Notes under the pieces: generated by a model
What the model saw: the letters and a program-made list of their open reading frames with translations, nothing else
Told to the model about the DNA's origin: nothing
Database searches by the model: none
Assembly (NCBI GenBank): GCA_024276825.1
Contig: JAJRWI010000003.1
Location: 47,478 to 67,477 of the forward strand
Reading direction: 5' to 3'
DNA: 20,000 nucleotides
Source of the DNA: an archaeon
Lineage (GTDB): Archaea > Asgardarchaeota > Thorarchaeia > Thorarchaeales > Thorarchaeaceae
Made by a program: the position numbers and the translations under genes
Part shown: positions 15,918-20,000 of the stretch, piece after piece
How the letters are laid out: each line of letters opens with the position of its first letter
Position numbering within the stretch: position 1 is the first letter of the stretch

Positions 15918-17183
15918 ATGAAAGGTGACTTTGATCAGTCTACCGCAAAATACGTCATTCGAGCAAAGATTGAGATAGATGGCGTGGTAGACAAACCCGA
16001 TGTTGTAGGTGCTATATTTGGACAGACAGAGGGGTTATTAGGTGAGGACTTGGACCTGAGAGAGTTACAACGCACAGGCAGAATTGGCCGAATTCAGATT
16101 GCTATTAAATCAGAGGGGGGGATGAGCAAGGGAGAGATTGTGATTCCTGTGTCCCTTGATAAGACTGCCACTGCAATTCTTGCTGCATCTCTTGAAACCG
16201 TTGATCGTGTTGGACCATGTCTTGCAAAAGTGACACTATTGAAGCTTGAAGACATCAGAGGTGCAAAGCGTAGAAGGGTTGTAAGCAGGGCAATCAGCAT
16301 TCTGAAGGGATGGGAGGAGGAGATCGCCCCCGGATCTGAAGAGATTACTGGTGCTGTGACAAAGGCAAGTAAAAAGAGCATTATCAAGTATGGTCCTGAC
16401 AAGCTTCCTGCTGGACCAGACTTGCCCTCCAGTGACGAGATCATAATTGTGGAGGGAAGAGCTGATGTTCTCAACCTCATGAAGAGTGGAATTGCCAATG
16501 CCATTGCTGTTGAGGGCACTCATATTCCAAAGACTATCATGGATCTCACAAGAAAGAGAGGCAAGGTTGTGATTGCTTTTCTTGATGGTGACCGTGGAGG
16601 AGACCTGATTCTTAGAGAGCTTATGCAGGTTGCAAGAGTAGACTATATTGCAAGGGCCCCAGAGGGAAAAGAGGTTGAGGAATTGACAAGGCGCCAGATT
16701 ATAAAGGCATTACAGGCCAAAATCCCTGCAGATCAGGCACTGGCAATAGCATCTGAAAAGAAGGCACAGACCAAACGGAAGAGGACCACAAGACGTGTAA
16801 AGAGAGAAACGGTTCCTGCGAGTCCAAGGAGAGAAACTCCAACGCCAACCAAACATGGCAAGGTAACTACTGTTTCAATTGACTCTATTGATGAGTCTAT
16901 CAGGGCTAAGGTCCCCGAGATTCGTGAGTCTTTTGAAGCAGTGTTGATGACTGAGAGTGGTGAGGTGATCGAACGGTGTGGTGTTGCACAGCTCACAAAG
17001 ACACTCGAGTCCAAGGAGTCCGCTCATGCCATTGTTTTTGATGGTGTGGTCACTCAACGCCTTGTTGATCTTGCCAGTCAGAAGCAGACGAAAGTCCTGA
17101 TTGGAGCGGCAGTAGCTGATATTGAGAACAAGCCATCATCTATGATCATATTAACATTTGATGACATAGAGTCCAATCAGTAG
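15918..17183 (+). CDS. dnaG: Archaeal DnaG-type primase (TOPRIM)
   Basis: STAKYVIRAKIEIDGVVDKPDVVGAIFGQTEGLLGEDLDLRELQRTGRIGRIQI; SDEIIIVEGRADVLNLMKSGIANAIAVEGTHIPKTI; KVVIAFLDGDRGGDLILREL TOPRIM motifs. Confidence 0.97.
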   Translation: MKGDFDQSTAKYVIRAKIEIDGVVDKPDVVGAIFGQTEGLLGEDLDLRELQRTGRIGRIQIAIKSEGGMSKGEIVIPVSLDKTATAILAASLETVDRVGPCLAKVTLLKLEDIRGAKRRRVVSRAISILKGWEEEIAPGSEEITGAVTKASKKSIIKYGPDKLPAGPDLPSSDEIIIVEGRADVLNLMKSGIANAIAVEGTHIPKTIMDLTRKRGKVVIAFLDGDRGGDLILRELMQVARVDYIARAPEGKEVEELTRRQIIKALQAKIPADQALAIASEKKAQTKRKRTTRRVKRETVPASPRRETPTPTKHGKVTTVSIDSIDESIRAKVPEIRESFEAVLMTESGEVIERCGVAQLTKTLESKESAHAIVFDGVVTQRLVDLASQKQTKVLIGAAVADIENKPSSMIILTFDDIESNQ

Positions 17184-17192
17184 GATTTGAAT

Positions 17193-17217
17193 GGAGGTCC
17201 TCACCTCCCCTTTTTTT
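17193..17217 (+). terminator. Intrinsic-terminator-like hairpin plus U tract after dnaG
   Basis: GGAGGT-CCTC-ACCTCC followed by CC and TTTTTTT, starting 9 nt after the dnaG stop. Confidence 0.5.
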
Positions 17218-17301
17218 AATTACATCGTACTTGACTTAGTACTGGACTTGGCGTATTACTCACTATTATCTCGTCTATGAACAACAAGCACTCAAGAGTG
17301 C

Positions 17302-18753
17302 ATGAGGTTTCAAACAGTGATCCCCCATCTTAATGAGGTTACTACAACTGCAGATGTTAGGACCCCCAAAGATCCATTTGAGAGAATAGTAGGACAACAG
17401 CATGCAGTGAAACTTGTGCGTTCGGCTGTCAAACAGAGAAGGCATGTGCTCTTGTGTGGGGTCCCTGGCACTGGTAAATCATTGATTGCAAAGGCAGCCT
17501 ACTCTCTATTACCACCCCCGAAGGAGGAGATTGTTCTAAGGCCCAACCCAAAGCAACCAGATAGACCACTTGTGATAGTCAGCAGGCCTGAAACCAATCA
17601 GGCCCCTCATAAGGAGAACGTCAACCCAGAGTCGGTCGAATACATCCACCCGGATGAGTTACCATTTGATGTGGCAATTGAGATGGGATATCGTTGCCAA
17701 CGATGTGGTGCCTTTTCATATCCGAGTCAAGAGAATTGTATGGATTGCGGGGTTCCAAAAAGACATGATGTTACTGATGTCAATGCATATAGTGGGTTGT
17801 TCAGGGTACTTGATGTCATCCGTGAGCCCGCTCTCAGGTCGACACAGCGAGAAGTTGTTTGGGAGGGTGCTCCAGCCAAGGTTGTTTATGAACGGACCTC
17901 ACAGGACATGATCAGGGTTTCAGTGTTTCTGAATTATTGTCACCAACAAGAGCCTATTGGCCTTAGTAATTCAGACTACGTGCTGATATCCCGGAACGCG
18001 TCACGATTTGTGAGAATCAGCGGTTCAAGCCCTGTTGAACTCTTGGGTGACGTGAAACATGACCCGTATGGGATTGCTGATAACCTTGCTACTGCACCAC
18101 ATATGAGGGTTGTTCCTGGTGGTGTTCATGAGGCCCATGAGGGAATTCTTTTTGTTGATGAGATTGGGGCCTTAGGGCCCTACCAGAAACACCTTCTAAC
18201 TGCGATGCAGGACAAGTATTTCCCCATAACGGGACACAACCCACTGAGTTCAGGTGCTTCAGTCAGAGTTGATAAGGTGCCTTGTGATTTCATACTCTTT
18301 GCTGCGTGCAATCTGGATGATATCCCAAAAATCCACCCTGCCCTTAGGTCTCGCATTCGTGGCTATGGCTATGAGATAATGTTAGCGAGTTGGTTTGACA
18401 AGAGCAGGGATCATATGTCTGAGCTGATTAAATTCATGGCAATCACTATTGAGGATGACGGGCGGATTCCACATCTGGACAGGACTGGAATTGATGAGGT
18501 CTTAAGAGTCGCAGAGCAAATGGCTCTAAAGATTGATGGCCAAAGGAGTGCCTATACATTGCGACTCAGAGAACTTGGAGGAATCATTAGAATAGCAGGG
18601 GATGTTGCCGTGCAAGAGGATGCATCTTTGATAGAGGGCAAGCATGTCAAATCCGCCGAGTCCCTGAGTCAGAGTTTAGGGGCGGATTCCCCACTTATGA
18701 TGTATGAATACAGTCCCAGAAGAAGTGAGAGCTTCGGAGACTATTTCTTTTAG
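17302..18753 (+). CDS. LonB-like AAA+ ATPase lacking the Lon protease domain, with inserted zinc ribbon
   Basis: IVGQQHAVKLVRSAVKQRRHVLLCGVPGTGKSLIAKA (Walker A), GILFVDEIGALGPYQKHLLTAMQDKYFPITG (Walker B), ALRSRIRGYGYEIMLA, LRLRELGGIIRIAGD. CQRC-x10-CMDC zinc ribbon. ORF ends right after the AAA lid region. Confidence 0.82.
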   Translation: MRFQTVIPHLNEVTTTADVRTPKDPFERIVGQQHAVKLVRSAVKQRRHVLLCGVPGTGKSLIAKAAYSLLPPPKEEIVLRPNPKQPDRPLVIVSRPETNQAPHKENVNPESVEYIHPDELPFDVAIEMGYRCQRCGAFSYPSQENCMDCGVPKRHDVTDVNAYSGLFRVLDVIREPALRSTQREVVWEGAPAKVVYERTSQDMIRVSVFLNYCHQQEPIGLSNSDYVLISRNASRFVRISGSSPVELLGDVKHDPYGIADNLATAPHMRVVPGGVHEAHEGILFVDEIGALGPYQKHLLTAMQDKYFPITGHNPLSSGASVRVDKVPCDFILFAACNLDDIPKIHPALRSRIRGYGYEIMLASWFDKSRDHMSELIKFMAITIEDDGRIPHLDRTGIDEVLRVAEQMALKIDGQRSAYTLRLRELGGIIRIAGDVAVQEDASLIEGKHVKSAESLSQSLGADSPLMMYEYSPRRSESFGDYFF

Positions 18754-18780
18754 GCATACATCTTTCCCATTGATGAGACC

Positions 18781-19869
18781 TTGAAGATATTGAAACGCGT
18801 ATTAAAAGAGGGCAAAATCGTTCTCAAAATTGATGTGCTTGATGACCTCTGGCACCTGTATAATGTCTTACTTCCTGGTGATACTGTGATTGCACGAACA
18901 GTTCGGAGAGTGAGAATAGGGGATGAGGAGTCAAGGAAGCAGGAGAGTGTGCGAAAGCCAATGGTACTCACAATCCTTGTTGAGGACATTTCATTCCATG
19001 CATTCAGCAATCGTGTGAGAGTTCTGGGAAAGATCGTTGAGGGGCCCCGTGATCTCGTCAGTATCGGATCCCATCATACAATCAATGTTGAGGTCGGAAG
19101 TACAATCACAATAATCAAGGACCACTGGCCACGTTATCTATTAAAACGGCTAGAAGAGGCTGAGAAGACAAGTGGTAACCCTGTGTGTCTGATTGTGACC
19201 ATTGAGGATGGGTCCGCAGTGTTGTTTCTCGCTGCAGACTATGGTCTTAAAGAGGTTGTCAGGGTGAGGACAAGTATCTCAAGGAAACGTGGTGATCAGA
19301 AGTCGTATGACAAGTCAATGAGAGAGTTCTTCTCAGAAGTTGCAATGGTGATAAGATCTCAACTAGAGCAGAATGAGGTAGCACTTGTAGTTATTGCGGG
19401 TCCCGGATTTGTGAAAGACCATTTTAGAGAGTACTTGTCAACAGTAGGCATCAAAGGGTTGCCACCAGTCATAGTAGAGAGCACCAACTCCACAGGGGTT
19501 CCAGGGGCCAAAGAGTTGTTGTTTAGAGGAGTCATTGGTGCTGCCATTAGAGGCCTGAAACTTGAAACCGAAACCAAGCTGATAGATGAACTCATCACGC
19601 ATATTGCCAAGGACGACGGACTTGCAACTTATGGAGATGCAGAGGTTGAGCGTGCTGTCGAGTATGGTGCAGTGGAGCACCTTCTGATAACCGATAAGAA
19701 GCTCAGGGAGGGCAATGATGAACAGAGGCGGAGAATTGACAAGATGATCAGGATGGCAGAACAGAATAGGTCCAATCTACATATTGTATCTACCGAACAT
19801 CCTGCAGGAGACCAATTGCAAAATATTGGAGGTATTGCTGCGATTCTTAGGTTCAAGATGGCTGACTAG
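18781..19869 (+). CDS. pelA: Pelota (Dom34-like) mRNA surveillance protein
   Basis: MKILKRVLKEGKIVLKIDVLDDLWHLYNVLLPGDTV, VIAGPGFVKDHFREYL, EYGAVEHLLITDKKLR, AEQNRSNLHIVSTEHPAGDQLQNIGGIAAILRF. TTG start. Confidence 0.96.
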   Translation: MKILKRVLKEGKIVLKIDVLDDLWHLYNVLLPGDTVIARTVRRVRIGDEESRKQESVRKPMVLTILVEDISFHAFSNRVRVLGKIVEGPRDLVSIGSHHTINVEVGSTITIIKDHWPRYLLKRLEEAEKTSGNPVCLIVTIEDGSAVLFLAADYGLKEVVRVRTSISRKRGDQKSYDKSMREFFSEVAMVIRSQLEQNEVALVVIAGPGFVKDHFREYLSTVGIKGLPPVIVESTNSTGVPGAKELLFRGVIGAAIRGLKLETETKLIDELITHIAKDDGLATYGDAEVERAVEYGAVEHLLITDKKLREGNDEQRRRIDKMIRMAEQNRSNLHIVSTEHPAGDQLQNIGGIAAILRFKMAD

Positions 19870-20000
19870 AGGGGATTGAACATCACCTGAAGTCTGTCCC
19901 ACGAGGGATATTCGTAGGCGATTCCCATCTCTATCGCTGTCCCCATAGTCAGGCTCTCTCTTAGGATTCCTGCAATCTCATCCAATATCCATGGTGCGAC
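19866..20000 (-). CDS. Possible partial CDS (C-terminal fragment) running in from beyond the window
   Basis: Open reading frame from the window edge to a TAG at 19866-19868: VAPWILDEIAGILRESLTMGTAIEMGIAYEYPSWDRLQVMFNPL*. Its stop overlaps the pelA stop codon. Confidence 0.4.
   Translation of the reverse strand, partial: VAPWILDEIAGILRESLTMGTAIEMGIAYEYPSWDRLQVMFNPL

Noticed and set aside
1-20000. CRISPR array, transposon, retron or toxin-antitoxin defence system.
   Set aside because: No regularly spaced repeats, transposase, reverse transcriptase, Cas or recognisable toxin-antitoxin genes were seen. Gene content is almost entirely housekeeping.

Overview
20 kb archaeal chromosomal segment, probably from the Asgard/TACK side. 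That lineage call is an inference from eS30, archaeal DnaG, Pelota, Nop5/fibrillarin, RNase HII, DUF61, DUF1512 and a longin/roadblock-like protein. It is dominated by informational housekeeping genes. I saw no CRISPR array, transposase or obvious defence island. Items not in the ORF track: (i) a 54-aa ribosomal protein eS30 gene at 3082-3246; (ii) a tRNA-Trp(CCA) gene at 9521-9657 interrupted by two predicted bulge-helix-bulge introns, 37/38 and 59/60; (iii) a 5S rRNA at about 10669-10784 with its own TATA-like box; (iv) a diverged ~160-190 bp intergenic element present twice (8525-8712, 13334-13491); (v) a stem-rich ~300-nt intergenic region (15177-15473) that may encode an unassigned structured RNA. 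Protein-level points of interest: tandem type-II methionine aminopeptidase paralogs, one with substituted active-site motif residues; a LonB-like AAA+ ATPase that lacks the protease domain and carries a zinc ribbon; and a longin-like protein with winged-helix-like segments.
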